The notes under the pieces were generated by a model. That model was not told the origin of the DNA. It searched no databases and worked only from the letters and a program-made list of their open reading frames with translations. Below, piece after piece: positions 1 to 15,442 of a stretch of 64,000 nt of DNA (within the stretch, counting starts at the first letter, position 1; every line of letters starts with the position of its first letter). This DNA comes from Pecten maximus (taxonomy: Eukaryota), in contig NC_047018.1 of NCBI RefSeq assembly GCF_902652985.1, positions 8,432,001 to 8,496,000 on the forward strand, read 5' to 3'. The translations under genes were made by a program, and so were the position numbers.

Positions 1-2384
1 TTCGACAATTCGAAATATACTATCGCATAGAAGTCATTACTTTTTGTTTCATATGAAAGACATTTCCTTATAAGGTAATATACACACGTTTACCATATAC
101 TGTAGATGGATGAAAAGTATATTAGACTCACGCTATGTAAATCTGGGCCCTACCCTGGCAACATACTGAAAATGAGTTGTGGTGATAATCGAACCATCGG
201 GTAAGTTTAACGACCACCCAACTTTATGTAGCACGAGGAAATATTATACTTTCTTAGGAGATCATGATACAAACCATGCATTTCTCAATTGTTTTCATCA
301 AGAAAGCACGAAAGTAGAATCACTCAAGACATTGTGGCGATATGCTACCCCATCAATTCATTGATAGTGATGGTGAATTCGTCAGATTACAGGCCGATGA
401 GGTTAATCATTGAGAAACATACGAAATGAGAACGGGTGGATTTGAAAGTTAAAAAAAAAATTCTCATTTAAGTTTCAACCGAAAAAAGTCTGCGAGTTAC
501 AGTTACAGAATAAAACGTGTTGATTTTACGGACAGAACATTTTCTACGAGATCCGACTGTCACTTCAGCTATCTATCTCAGGTATGTTCCTTGTAGACCA
601 GCATCGTCTCACTGTCAGCTCCATAAACATCAGTAACACGTGCAATTTGAGATAATTGTTGGTATGATAAATACCAACTCCACCCCGGCTGTCGACTGCC
701 CAACATACATGTATTGTCTGTGTATTATTGACACGTATTCCAGTACAATACAGAACGGTACATGTCTTTGGCAGGTGCCCTCTGGTATTGTCAGTTTAGA
801 CTACTGGTATATTACACTGTCAACACAGCAATGCCAGCCGAGAGGGAATACTATTACTTTATCAGTAATAATATATTTCATTTACGCCAGTAATACAATA
901 AAACTAGTAAGCATTCAATCATATGCTGCCACTCAGGGCTCGACGGTCAACAGGGGGCGATAACTGGCCACAGAAGCCAAAATCATATTGCCGCCTATGA
1001 CCTCTGGTATTTGAATGGCATATTGTCAGCGCCAAGCAATCCGCTGATGAGCGACTGTGTTCCTAGATACACTTATGTGGCCACGGCTTTAATTGGAGCA
1101 ATACTGCCTAATTCAGACCGGATTACAGAACAGATTGATCGAAGACGACGAACTTAAAAAAGATGACAACAGCAGATTTGTCTTCACTGACCACTCTCCA
1201 ACGCAAGCTATAAATCGCTAATTATCCTCTTCACGATCTGGAGACCTGCAAATAGGAGATATTTCATTGAATTTTTGGACTTTGTAACCAGAAGGTGAAG
1301 AAGCGGTTAGCGTTTGTTTGATATCATAGCCGACACTATCGACCAGGAGACACTAGAGAACAGAGTGGCCAGGTTTCCGATCAATTATCAGGGGAAAAAG
1401 GTATTATCTAAAGCAGTTCGCTTATAAAACCACCTGCCGGAAACTGTCGCCAGCATGCGCTTTTGTCGTGACAGAGGATATTTCTTTCATGTTATTCAAC
1501 ATGGATGTGTAATTAAATAACCCGGGTGTGATAAGGCCGACGGATGGAACCTCGATACGAATATGACAAACTACCTTAACAGGAAATTGATTGGTTCCTT
1601 CTTTCACATTCAATTTGTTTCTTGCATAAAGATTATCATCGTATTAAGGTTCCAGGTTTCTGCAATATGAATATATTATGTATATATAATTAAGATTAAA
1701 AAGAAATTAGTTCTCATCTTACAGATTATTGCTTTCATTTCTTCGAGGGAAATTTATAGGTTTTTTCCCTCAAAGCCGTAGTAATCGTGACGTCATTTCT
1801 ATGACGTCATCTAATAAATAAGAGCAGGCGACGCTACCAATCAGGAGATCAAAAGGAGTCTAATTTATCAAGTGGTAATAAAGGATATATTTTTAGAATG
1901 TTAACGAAGGAAAAAAGAATTGTACCACTAACAAAACATGTAGGAGAGTTCTCTCAGAGGCAAGTTGAAGGAAGTCGGACTCCAACTATTTCCATGTAAA
2001 CTGCTTTTTTGTAAGTTTTCTGTACGGTTGTAAGGCTGTATGTGTGACATTTTATGTTCTGCATTAAACCAATTTGTTGTCCATTCATCCCCATTGCATT
2101 CAAAGAAAAGTGAAAAAAAATGGACATTTACAAATAGGCTGCTGCTATTTTGATGGATTTGCCGTGAACTATCGCCTGCGTCCGCTCTGTTGGGGAATCT
2201 GAAGACATCTGTGATTGGAGAGGATGCTGTGGGCATTAACAGCTATCAACAACACAGTTCCGTGGTCGACACCGTTATCTCATTGGAAACATCATATTGT
2301 CTTTTACGATGTAAAGTGTTCGATTCTCGTTAATATGCCTGGTATGCTTTTGTAACCACATGGGCCACGTTTTGTATAACTAAA

Positions 2385-5300
2385 CATTGCCGATGTGGAT
2401 GGACATGGCCGGTGTAAATGGACATGGCCTGTGTAGATGGACATGGCCGATGTAGATGGACATGACCTGTGTAGATGGACATACCGGTGTATATGGACAT
2501 GGCCGGTGTAGATGGACATGGCCGATGTATATGGACATGGCCGGTGTAGATGGACATGACCTGTGTAGATGGACATACCGGTGTATATGGACATGACCGG
2601 TGTATATGGACATGGCCGGTGTATATGGACATGGCCGGTGTAGATGGACATACCGGTGTAGATGGACATGACCGGTGTAGATGGACATGGCCGGTGTAGA
2701 TGGACATGGTCGATGTATATGGACATGGCCGGTGTATATGGACATGGCCGGTGTATATGGACATGACCTGTGTATATGGACATGGCCGGTGTATATGGAC
2801 ATGGCCGGTGTATATGGACATGGCCGGTGTAGATGGACATGGTCGATGTATATGGACATGGCCGGTGTATATGGACATGGCCTGTGTAGATGGACATACC
2901 GGTGTATATGGACATGGCCGGTGTATATGGACATGGCCGGTGTATATGGACATGGCCGGTGTAGATGGACATGACCTGTGTATATGGACATGGCCGGTGT
3001 ATATGGACATGGCCGGTGTATATGGACATGACCGGTGTAGATGGACATGGCCGATGTAGATGGACATGGCCGGTGTAGATGGACATGACCGGTGTAGATG
3101 GACATGGCCGATGTAGATGGACATGGCCGGTGTAGATGGACATGACCGGTGTAGATGGACATGGTTGATATAGATGGACATGACCGATGTAGATGGACAT
3201 GACTGATGTGGATGGACATGGCCGGTGTAGATGGACATGGCCGGTGTAGATGGACATGACCGGTGTAGATGGACATGGCCGGTGTATATGGACATGACCG
3301 GTGTAGATGGACATGGCCGGTGTAGATGGACATGACCTGTGTAGATGGACATACCGGTGTATATGGACATGGCCGGTGTAGATGGACATGGTCGATGTAT
3401 ATGGACATGGCCGGTGTAGATGGACATACCGGTGTATATGGACATGGCCGGTGTAGATGGACATGGCCGGTGTAGATGGACATGACCGGTGTAGATGGAC
3501 ATACCGGTGTATATGGACATGGCCGGTGTAGATGGACATGACCGGTGTATATGGACATGGCCGGTGTATATGGACATGACCGGTGTAGATGGACATGGCC
3601 GGTGTAGATGGACATGACCTGTGTAGATGGACATACCGGTGTATATGGACATGGCCGGTGTAGATGGACATGACCGGTGTAGATGGACATGACCGGTGTA
3701 GATGGACATGGCCGGTGTAGATGGACATGGCCTGTGTAGATGGACATACCGGTGTATATGGACATGGCCGGTGTATATGGACATGGCCGGTGTATATGGA
3801 CATGGCCGGTGTAGATGGACATGACCTGTGTATATGGACATGGCCGGTGTATATGGACATGGCCGGTGTATATGGACATGACCGGTGTAGATGGACATGG
3901 CCGATGTAGATGGACATGGCCGGTGTAGATGGACATGACCGGTGTAGATGGACATGGCCGGTGTAGATGGACATGGTTGATATAGATGGACATGACCGAT
4001 GTAGATGGACATGGCCGGTGTATATGGACATGACTGATGTGGATGGACATGGTCGGTGTAGATGGACATGGTTGATATAGATGGACATGACCGATGTAGA
4101 TGGACATGACTGATGTGGATGGACATGGCCGGTGTAGATGGACATGGCCGGTGTAGATGGACATGACCGGTGTAGATGGACATGGCCGGTGTATATGGAC
4201 ATGACTGATGTGGATGGACATGGTCGGTGTAGATGGACATGGTCGATGTATATGGACATGGCCGGTGTAGATGGACATACCGGTGTAGATGGACATGACC
4301 GGTGTAGATGGACATGGCCGGTGTAGATGGACATGGCCTGTGTAGATGGACATACCGGTGTATATGGACATGGCCGGTGTATATGGACATGGCCGGTGTA
4401 TATGGACATGGCCGGTGTAGATGGACATACCGGTGTATATGGACATGGCCGATGTAGATGGACATGGATGGACATGACCGGTGTATATGGACATGGCCGG
4501 TGTAGATGGACATGGCCGGTGTGGATGGACATACCGGTGTAGATGGACATGGCCGGTGTAGATGGACATGACCGGTGTAGATGGACATGGCCGGTGTAGA
4601 TGGACATGGCCGGTGTATATGGATATGACCGATGTAGATGGACATGGCCGGTGTAGATGGACATACCGGTGTATATGGACATGGCCGATGTAGATGGACA
4701 TGGATGGACATGACCGGTGTATATGGACATGGCCGGTGTAGATGGACATGGCCGGTGTGGATGGACATACCGGTGTAGATGGACATGACTGCTGTAGATG
4801 GACATGACTGGTGTAGATGGACATGGCCTGTGTAGATGGACATGACCGGTGTAGATGGACATGGCCGGTGTAGATGGACATGACCGGTGTAGATGGACAT
4901 GGCCGGTGTAGATGGACATGGCCGGTGTGGATGGACATGGCCGGTGTAGATGGACATGACTGGTGTAGATGGACATGACTGGTGTAGATGGACATGGCCG
5001 GTGTAGATTGACATGGCCGGTGTAGATGGACATGACTGGTGTAGATGGACATGACTGCTGTAGATGGACATGACCGGTGTATATGGACATGGCCGGTGTA
5101 TATGGACATGGCCGGTGTAGATGGACATGGCCTGTGTAGATGGACATGGCCGATGTAGATGGACATGACCTGTGTAGATGGACATGACCGGTGTATATGG
5201 ACATGGCCGGTGTATATGGACATGACCGGTGTAGATGGACATGGCCGGTGTAGATGGACATGACCGGTGTATATGGACATGACCGGTGTAGATGGACATG

Positions 5301-8060
5301 GCCGGTGTAGATGGACATACCGGTGTATATGGACATGGCCGATGTAGATGGACATGGATGGACATGACCGGTGTATATGGACATGGCCGGTGTAGATGGA
5401 CATGGCCGGTGTGGATGGACATGGCCGGTGTAGATGGACATGACTGGTGTAGATGGACATGACTGGTGTAGATGGACATGGCCGGTGTAGATTGACATGG
5501 TCGATGTAGATGGACATGGTCGATGTATATGGACATGGCCGGTGTAGATGGACATGACCTGTGTATATGGACATGGCCGGTGTATATGGACATGGCCGGT
5601 GTATATGGACATGGCCGGTGTAGATGGACATGGCCTGTGTAGATGGACATGGCCGATGTAGATGGACATGACCTGTGTAGATGGACATACCGGTGTATAT
5701 GGACATGGCCGGTGTAGATGGACATGGCCGATGTATATGGACATGGCCGGTGTAGATGGACATGGCCGATGTAGATGGAAATGGCCGGTGTAGATGGACA
5801 TGACCGGTGTAGATGGACATGGCCGGTGTAGATGGACATGGCCTGTGTAGATGGACATACCGGTGTATATGGACATGGCCGGTGTATATGGACATGGCCG
5901 GTGTATATGGACATGGCCGGTGTAGATGGACATGACCTGTGTATATGGACATGGCCGGTGTATATGGACATGGCCGGTGTATATGGACATGACCGGTGTA
6001 GATGGACATGGCCGATGTAGATGGACATGGCCGGTGTAGATGGACATGACCGGTGTAGATGGACATGGCCGGTGTATATGGACATGACCGGTGTAGATGG
6101 ACATGGCCGGTGTAGATGGACATGACCTGTGTAGATGGACATACCGGTGTATATGGACATGGCCGGTGTAGATGGACATGGTCGATGTATATGGACATGG
6201 CCGGTGTAGATGGACATACCGGTGTAGATGGACATGACCGGTGTAGATGGACATGGCCGGTGTAGATGGACATGGCCTGTGTAGATGGACATACCGGTGT
6301 ATATGGACATGGCCGGTGTATATGGACATGGCCGGTGTATATGGACATGGCCGGTGTAGATGGACATACCGGTGTATATGGACATGGCCGATGTAGATGG
6401 ACATGGATGGACATGACCGGTGTATATGGACATGGCCGGTGTAGATGGACATGGCCGGTGTGGATGGACATACCGGTGTAGATGGACATGGCCGTTGTAG
6501 ATGGACATGACCGGTGTAGATGGACATGGCCGGTGTAGATGGACATGGCCGGTGTATATGGATATGACCGATGTAGATGGACATGGCCGGTGTAGATGGA
6601 CATACCGGTGTATATGGACATGGCCGATGTAGATGGACATGGATGGACATGACCGGTGTATATGGACATGGCCGGTGTAGATGGACATGGCCGGTGTGGA
6701 TGGACATACCGGTGTAGATGGACATGACTGCTGTAGATGGACATGACTGGTGTAGATGGACATGGCCTGTGTAGATGGACATGACCGGTGTAGATTGACA
6801 TGGTCGATGTAGATGGACATGGTCGATGTATATGGACATGGCCGGTGTATATGGACATGGATGAACATGACCGGTGTAGATGGACATGGCCGGTGTAGAT
6901 GGACATGGCCGGTGTATATGGACATGACCGGTGTAGATGGACATGGCCGGTGTAGATGGACATACCGGTGTATATGGACATGGCCGATGTAGATGGACAT
7001 GGATGGACATGACCGGTGTATATGGACATGGCCGGTGTAGATGGACATGGCCGGTGTGGATGGACATGGCCGGTGTAGATGGACATGACTGGTGTAGATG
7101 GACATGACTGGTGTAGATGGACATGGCCGGTGTAGATTGACATGGTCGATGTATATGGACATGGCCGGTGTATATGGACATGGCCGGTGTAGATGGACAT
7201 GGATGAACATGACCGGTGTAGATGGACATGGCCGGTGTAGATGGACATGACTGGTGTTACATGGCCGGTGTAGATGGACATGGATGAACATGACCGGTGT
7301 AGATGGACATGGATGGACATGACCGGTGTATATGGACATGGCCGGTGTAGATGGACATGGCCGGTGTGGATGGACATGGCCGGTGTAGATGGACATGACT
7401 GGTGTAGATGGACATGACTGGTGTAGATGGACATGGCCGGTGTAGATGGACATGGCCGGTGTAGATGGACATGGCCGGTGTATATGGACATGGCCGGTGT
7501 AGATGGACATGACCGGTGTATATGGACATGGCCGGTGTAGATGGACATGGATGAACATGACCGGTGTAGATGGACATGGCCGGTGTAGATGGACATGACT
7601 GGTGTTACATGGCCGGTGTAGATGGACATGGATGAACATGACCGGTGTAGATGGACATGGCCGGTGTAGATGGACATGACCGGTGTTACATGACCGGTGT
7701 AGATGGACATGGCCGGTGTATATGGACATGGCCGGTGTATATGGACATGGCCGGTGTATATGGACATGGCCGGTGTATATGGACATGACCGATGTAGATG
7801 GACATGACCGGTGTAAATGGACATGGCCGGTGTAGATGGACATGGCCGGTGTAGATGGACATGGCCGGTGTAGATGGACATGGCCGGTGTATATGGACAT
7901 GACCGGTGTAGATGGACATGACTGGTGTAGATGGACATGGCCGGTGTAGATGAACATGGCCGGTGTAGATGGACATGGCCGGTGTAGATGGACATGGCCG
8001 GTGTATATGGACATGGCCTGTGTAGATGGACATGGCATGTGTAGATGGACATGACCGGTG
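2385..8060. repeat. 19-bp satellite (ggacatggccggtgtagat) with 17-bp and shorter variants, ~300 copies
   Basis: Direct reading of tandem units; source of the 1641/1890/1902-aa ORFs. Confidence 0.97.
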
Positions 8061-9087
8061 TTTCTCTGTATTTTTATTTGTTCTGTTGTTTATCAAAGCA
8101 GTCAAGACATGTGTGATGATGACATACACTATGAGATACAGATTGGATAATAAATAAACAAATGAATTCAGCTTCCGGGGATTCCAGTTGGAATGAAAGA
8201 AAATAAAATAAAAAAAAAACAAATAGTCAGAAGTCAGATGTACATAGAATCCTGGTAATAAACTGTTAGTGATCTGGTATATCCGTATCTTTGCTGATTT
8301 ATATTTAAATGTGCCTTCATTGTAAAACCGTTAGAGAAGAACATGGCCAATTATCAAACTCATTGAATTAATATATCATTTTCATTTTCATTTCATATTT
8401 AATAATTAACATTTGCATATAAAGATTGCCACTCTTGCTAAGGGAAGCTTGGATATTGCAATCTTTCCTTCCTCTATTGGAACACGGGTAAACTTGTACT
8501 CAACGACAAATTATGATTCAAGTTTTGATGTCCATATTCCTTGGGAGATCTGTTTTAGAAAGCATTGCTGAACACTCAAATCTCCATTTTCTCCACATGT
8601 GAAATTTCTTCAAGTATACCTCTTTTATATTCTTTTTTCTGTCTTGAATGAATTCCTTAGTTTCTCCATAATCTTTTGAACCAAATTTATACATTTCAGT
8701 AGCTTCATTCTGCTTGCTTCAGTTTACGAACATCTACCTATAACATCCAACTGTTGATAGGGATTTCGTCTTTACTTTGAAGGCAAAGCCGATTGTGACA
8801 AACTATTAATAATTACTGTACTTGATAACATCAGAAGTATTTAATAATATTATTTTTCATGGTTTACTCAGAGATGTAGTAAAATAATCTATACCGTGTA
8901 CGGTTGGTTTATAACCGGCGTTGGAACAGTCTGAGAGCATTTCACATATACATTGCATTTCGAATGGTAAATCAATGTCGGGTAGGTGGGCCTTCCCTTA
9001 GAGATATCTGTTTTATCTTACCACGCAATACATCAAATAGAGTTCACGTAAATCCCGCATATCTCATTGGACAGACAAGTCAAACAA

Positions 9088-10775
9088 AACCTCCTGGTGG
9101 CTTAGATGTCTATTGACGCAAGTGGAGCTCTGCGCGTGACTCCTGGTGACTTAGATGTCTATTGACACAAGTGGAGCTCTGCGCGTGACCCCTGTTGGCT
9201 TAGATGTCTATTGACACAAGTGGAGCTCTGCGCGTGACTCCTGGTGGCTTAGATGTCTATTGACACAAGTGGAGCTCTGCGCGTGACCCCTGTTGGCTTA
9301 GATGTCTATTGACACAAGTGGAGCTCTGCGCGTGACTCCTGGTGGCTTAGATGTCTATTGACGCAAGTGGAGCTCTGTGCGTGACTCCTGGTGGCTTAGA
9401 TGTCTATTGACACAAGTGGAGCTCTGCGCGTGACTCCTGGTGGCTTAGATGTCTATTGACACAAGTGGAGCTCTGCGCGTGACTCCTGGTGGCTTAGATG
9501 TCTATTGACACAAGTGGAGCTCTGCACGTGACTCCTGGTGGCTTAGATGTATATATTACACAAGTGGAGCTCTGCGCGTGACTCCTGGTGGCTTAGATGT
9601 CTATTGACAGAAGTGGAGCTCTGCGCGTGACTCATGGTGGCTTATTTGTTTATTGACACAAGTTGAGCTCTGCGCGTGACTTCTGGTGGCTTAGATGTCT
9701 ATTGACACAAGTGGAGCGCTGCGCGTGACTCCTAATGGCTTAGATGTCTAGTGACACAAGTGGAGCGCTGCGCGTGGCTCATGGTGGCGTATTTGTTTAT
9801 TGACACAAGTTGAGCTCTGCGCGTGACTCCTGGTGGCTAAGATGTCTATTTACACAAGTGGAGCGCTGCGCGTGACTCCTAATGGCTTAGATGTCTAGTG
9901 ACACAAGTGGAGCGCTGCGCGTGACTCATGGTGGCTTATTTGTTTATTGACACAAGTGGAGCTCTGCGCGTGACTCCTGGTGGCTTAGATGTCTATTGAC
10001 ACAAGCGGAGCTCTGCGCGTGACTCCTGGTGGCTTAGATGTCTATTGACACAAGTGGAGCTCTGCGCGTGACTCCTGGTGGCTTAGATGTCTATTGACAC
10101 AAGTTGAGCTCTGCGCGAGACTCCTGGTGGCTTAGATGTCTATTGACACAAGTGGAGCTCTGCGCGTGACTCCTGGTGGCTTAGATGTCTATTGACACAA
10201 GTGGAGCTCTGCGCGTGACTCCTGGTGGCTTAGATGTCTAGTGACACAAGTGGAGCGCTGCGCGTGACTCATGGTGGCTTATTTGTTTATTGACACAAGT
10301 TGAGCTCTGCGCGTGACTCCTGGTGGCTAAGATGTCTATTGACACAAGTGGAGCTCTGCGCGTGACTCCTGGTGGCTTAGATGTCTATTGACACAAGTTA
10401 TGCTCTGCGCGTGACTCCTGGTGGCTTAGATGTCAATTGACACAAGTGGAGCTCTGCGCGTGACTCCTGGTGACTTAGATGTCAATTGACACATTTTAAG
10501 CTCTGCGCGTGACTCCTGGGGGCTTAGATGTCTATTGACACAAGTGGAGCTCTGCGCGTGACTCCTGGTGGCTTAGATGTATATAAATGGCTTAGATGTA
10601 TATTGACACATGCGGAGCTCTGTGCGTGACTCCTGGTGGTTTAGATGTATATTGTCACAAGTGGAGCTCTGCGCGTGACTCCTGGTGGCTTAGATGTCTA
10701 TTGACACAAGTGGAGCTCTGCGCGTGACTCCTGGTGGCTTAGATGTATATTGACACATGCGGAGCTCTGTGTGTG
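9088..10775. repeat. 49-bp minisatellite (gactcctggtggcttagatgtctattgacacaagtggagctctgcgcgt), ~34 copies
   Basis: Unit spacing 9138 to 9187. Confidence 0.95.
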
Positions 10776-11249
10776 AACGTGTTGTCCATGTTGTAATATA
10801 CGAGGATGTCATTTATCTGAAGCTGCTTGATTTGATTAATATCATCATCCCACGATAAACAACATACCGATGATTCCCAAGTTTATTTCCCAGGAAAATA
10901 TCTATCTGACACGTTAACTTACTCAACTCACCTACCTTTCCTGAATTATTCCAAGGTACAGTTTACTTTTGTATTATCTTTTATTTATTAACTTTATTTT
11001 AATATTGTTAGATATTTTAATTATTTTTTGTTCATATTTTCCATCATTTTACTTATTTTTTTATTTACCACTATGGTTTCGTTAGTACGCTGGTATTCGC
11101 TGTTATTTTTAACATAAACATAGATTATACACAGTGAACATAAATGATACTTGTGTCAGCATCGATGCGAAAAGAGTTTTTATGTACCATTATGCTCGTT
11201 CGGATCACAATGATTAATTTATCCTCAATAACAGTGGAGTATCAACATA

Positions 11250-11645
11250 ACTTTCAAACATGCCGTGGCCTACCAAACGAATGTCCGTTTGACGCAATTA
11301 TAAGCTTTTCAAAAATGCCGTGGCCTACCAAACGAATGTCTGTTTGACGCAATTATAAGCTTTTCAAAAATGCCGTGGCCTACCAAACGAATGTCCGTTT
11401 GACGCAATTATAAGCTTTTCAAACATGACGTGGCCTACCAAACGAATGTCCGTTTGACGCAATTATAAGCTTTTCAAAAATGTCGTGGCCTACCAAATCA
11501 ATGTCTATTTGACACAGTTATAAGGTTTTCAAAAATGTCGTGGCCTACCAAATCAATGTCTATTTGACACAGTTATAAGGGTTTTTTTTCCAAATCGTCG
11601 TGGCCTACCAAATCAATGTCTGTTTGACACAATTATAAGCTTCCC
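11250..11645. repeat. ~55-bp tandem repeat, ~7 copies
   Basis: ttttcaaaaatgccgtggcctaccaaacgaatgtccgtttgacgcaattataagc repeated. Confidence 0.9.
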
Positions 11646-11689
11646 AACGAGAACAACAGAGGGAATTTCATGACTGAAGTTTAATATAA

Positions 11690-11952
11690 ACTAATGTTCG
11701 TTAAAGGACCAGGGGACGGAACAGATTATTACGACAACTAATGTTCGTTAAAGGACCAGGGGATGGAACAGATTATTACGACAACTAATGTTCGTTAAAG
11801 GACCAGGGGATGGAACAGATTATTACGACAACTAATGTTCGTTAACGGACCAGGGGATGGAACAGATTATTACGACAACTAATGTTCGTTAACGGACCAG
11901 GGGACGGAGCAGAATATTACGACAACTAATGTTCGTTAACGGAGCAGAATAT
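11690..11952. repeat. 47-bp tandem repeat, ~5.5 copies
   Basis: actaatgttcgttaaaggaccaggggatggaacagattattacgaca repeated. Confidence 0.9.
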
Positions 11953-13254
11953 ATATTGTTATGAAGTAAACATCATTGGATTAGGTCTATATATATCGTG
12001 ACCAGCCACCTGTGGGTGTCTGTAAAGCAATTATGTAATACCTATATATGCCGATTAGGCTATGTTTGCTGTGAGCTCGTCATATCGCCATTCCATCCGT
12101 CTAGTTCTGGGTTATTTATACCAACTAAGTGTGATTGTAAAATCATGTGTTTCCTTTAAACTGGTTTGTTTTAGATATCATATAAAATTGGAGAAAAATA
12201 ATATATTGCTGTTGTCTGACAGCTGTTAAAGGACCTGTTACACGAACAATGGAATTTCGCTCACAAACCAATTGAAACAAAACCACGTACAATTTATAAC
12301 AACCTTGTAAACAACCAATTAGTCATGTTTAAACAATCATAACGTCCACGGGTCCATGTTATTGCCTGCTTACTGTTGCCCACCAGAGGGGTACGACAAG
12401 GTTCACTTTTTTATCCAAAAAAAAAAAACATCAAATAATGCCGTATGCTGTCAAAATCATCTTATGTGCTCAAGATTATCATTTGCTGCAAATTATGAGC
12501 TCAAATATACAGGTAAATATTAAGCACAATCTTAACAACAAAAATGTTCACATTTTGAGACACATTTTTAACTATGTCACTATTATACGTGATACAACCA
12601 CTTTCGGTTATTATACACCAAACATTTTGCAATTATCATAAAACAATATGACTTGTATAGATCAATTTTACGGCTACCAATTTTGTCGACCTTTTCACTA
12701 CAGTCAATCAACCTAATATCATAAATCGTATCACAAGAATGATGGTGTATAAAACCGGAATTGGGTAATGACTTCCATCAAAAATGAGACATCCAGTTCC
12801 CGGTGTCGGTTTGAAATTAACCTGGCGAGCATTTGGAGAAATCCGTGCTACTTATATATGATGATAGATGCTCGTAAAGTTAATCACCGGCACTTTACAT
12901 TCCTAATAAGTGGAAATCCAATCACGTCATCACCCGATAACGCGCAGTCGCAAACAAAGTGAAGATTTTTCTTTTTACTTCCGAGAAAGTATCGAAGCAA
13001 TCTCGCATAAAAGTGAAAATAATCCGTCTCCGGTAGCACGGTAATCGTACGTGGATATATCGGAGCTTAATTACTTCCTAGACCGTCATTCTCGCCTCCC
13101 CAAAACGTGCTGGGTATTGTAATATCGACTGTGATTACCGTCGTTAGGAGCCTGACCTAATTCTTTCTAAGACGACGGGTCTATAGGAGACATCAGTATA
13201 TATTCCAGCTGACTGGTACTCAAATCACCTGTCTTTTATGTGTATTAGTTATAC

Positions 13255-15442
13255 CGATTATCACACTGCAATAATCTATATAAAGACTAGTATTATAATA
13301 CTACGATAATCTGTATGGATTATTATTATCACACTACAAAATCTATACGGACTATCATTATCACACTACGATAATCTATATATAGACTAGTATTATAATA
13401 CTACGATAATCTGTATGGATAATTATTATCGAACTACAAAATCTATACGGACTATCATTATCACACTACGATAATCTATATGGACTATCATAACCACACT
13501 ACGATAATCTACATGGACTATCATTATCACACTACGGTAATCTATATGGACTATCATTATCACACTACGATAATCTATATGGACTATCATTACCACACCA
13601 CGATAATCTATATGGACTATCATTACCACACCACGATAATCTATATGGACTATCATTACCACACTACGATAATCTATATGGACTATCATTACCACACTAC
13701 GATAATCTACATGGACTATCATTATCACACCACGATAATATATATGGACTATCATTATCACACTACGATAATCTACATGGACTATCATTATCACACTACG
13801 ATAATCTATATGGACTATCATTATCACACTACGATAATCTATATGGACTATCATTACCACACTACGATAATCTACATGGACTATCATTATCACACTACGA
13901 TAATCTATATGGACTATCATTATCACACTACGATAATCTACATGGACTATCATTACCACACTACGATAATCTACATGGACTATCATTATCACACTACGAT
14001 AATCTCAATGGACTATCATTATCACACTACGATAATCTACATGGACTATCATTATCACACTACGATACTCTATATGGACTATCATTATCACACTACGATA
14101 ATATATATGGACTATCATTACCACACTACGATAATCTACATGGACTATCATTATCACACTACGATAATATACATGGACTATCATTATCACACTACGATAA
14201 TCTATATGGACTATCATTATCACACTACGATAATCTATATGGACTATCATTATAATACTACGATAATCTATATGGACTATCATTATCACACTACGATACT
14301 CTATATGGACTATCATTACCACACTACGATAATCTACATGGACTATCATTATCACACTACGATAATATACATGGACTATCATTATCACATTACGATAATC
14401 TATATGGACTATCATTATCACACTACGATACTCTATATGGACTATCATTATCACACTACGATAATATACATGGACTATCATTATCACACTACGATAATCT
14501 ACATGGACTATCATTATCACACTACGATACTCTATATGGACTATCATTATCACACTACGATAATATATATGGACTATCATTATCACACTACGATAATCTA
14601 TACGGACTATCATTACCACACTACGATAATCTATATGGACTATCATTATCACACCACGATAATATACATTGACTATCATTATCACACTACGATAATCTAT
14701 ATGAAATATCAGCATCACACTACGATAATCTATATGGACTATCATTATCACACTACGATAATCTATATGGACTATCATTATCACACTACGATAATCTATA
14801 TGGACTATCATTATCACACTACGATAATCTATATGGACTATCATTATAATACTACGATACTCTATATGGACTATCATTATCACACTACGATAATCTATAT
14901 GGACTATCATTATCACACTACGATAATCTACATGGACTATCATTATCACACTACGATAATCTATATGGACTATCATTATCACACTACGATAATCTATACG
15001 GACTATCATTATCACACTACGATAATCTACATGGACTATCATTATCACACTACGATAATCTATATGGACTATCATTATCACACTACGATACTCTATATGG
15101 ACTATCATTACCACACTACGATAATCTACATGGACTATCATTATCACACTACGATAATCTACATGGACTATCATTATAATACTACGATAATCTATATGGA
15201 CTATCATTATCACACTACGATAATATACATTGACTATCATTATAATACTACGATAATCTATATGGACTATCATTATCACACTACGATAATATACATTGAC
15301 TATCATTATCACACTACGATAAATATATACGGACTATCATTATCACACTACGATAATATATACGGACTATCATTATCACACTACAATAATCTACATGGAC
15401 TATCATTATCACACTACGATAATCTACATGGACTATCATTAT
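13255..15442. repeat. 33-bp satellite (atggactatcattatcacactacgataatctat), left part
   Basis: Tandem units; 11-aa periodic spurious ORFs on both strands. Confidence 0.96.

Noticed and set aside
536-587. Possible upstream exon ending ctcag|gtatgt (similarly acacag|gtaacg at 19267)
   Set aside because: No SCYL homology and no in-frame ATG in the phase-compatible frame; cannot be supported without transcripts.
2304-8222. Very long His/Pro-rich ORFs on the minus strand and short ones on plus
   Set aside because: Pure translation of a 19-bp satellite in all frames; no codon-position constraint or gene structure.
8515-8720. Minus-strand open stretch (MYKFGSKDYGETKEFIQDRKKNIKEVYLKK...)
   Set aside because: Under 70 codons, no recognisable family; possibly a decayed TE fragment.
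9088-10775. CRISPR-like appearance of regular repeats (here and in other arrays)
   Set aside because: Head-to-tail units with no unique spacers, no cas genes, eukaryotic context.
12226-13200. CpG-richer segment beginning ttaaaggacc, possible TTAA-type MITE or promoter
   Set aside because: No matching terminal inverted repeat found and no transcript evidence.
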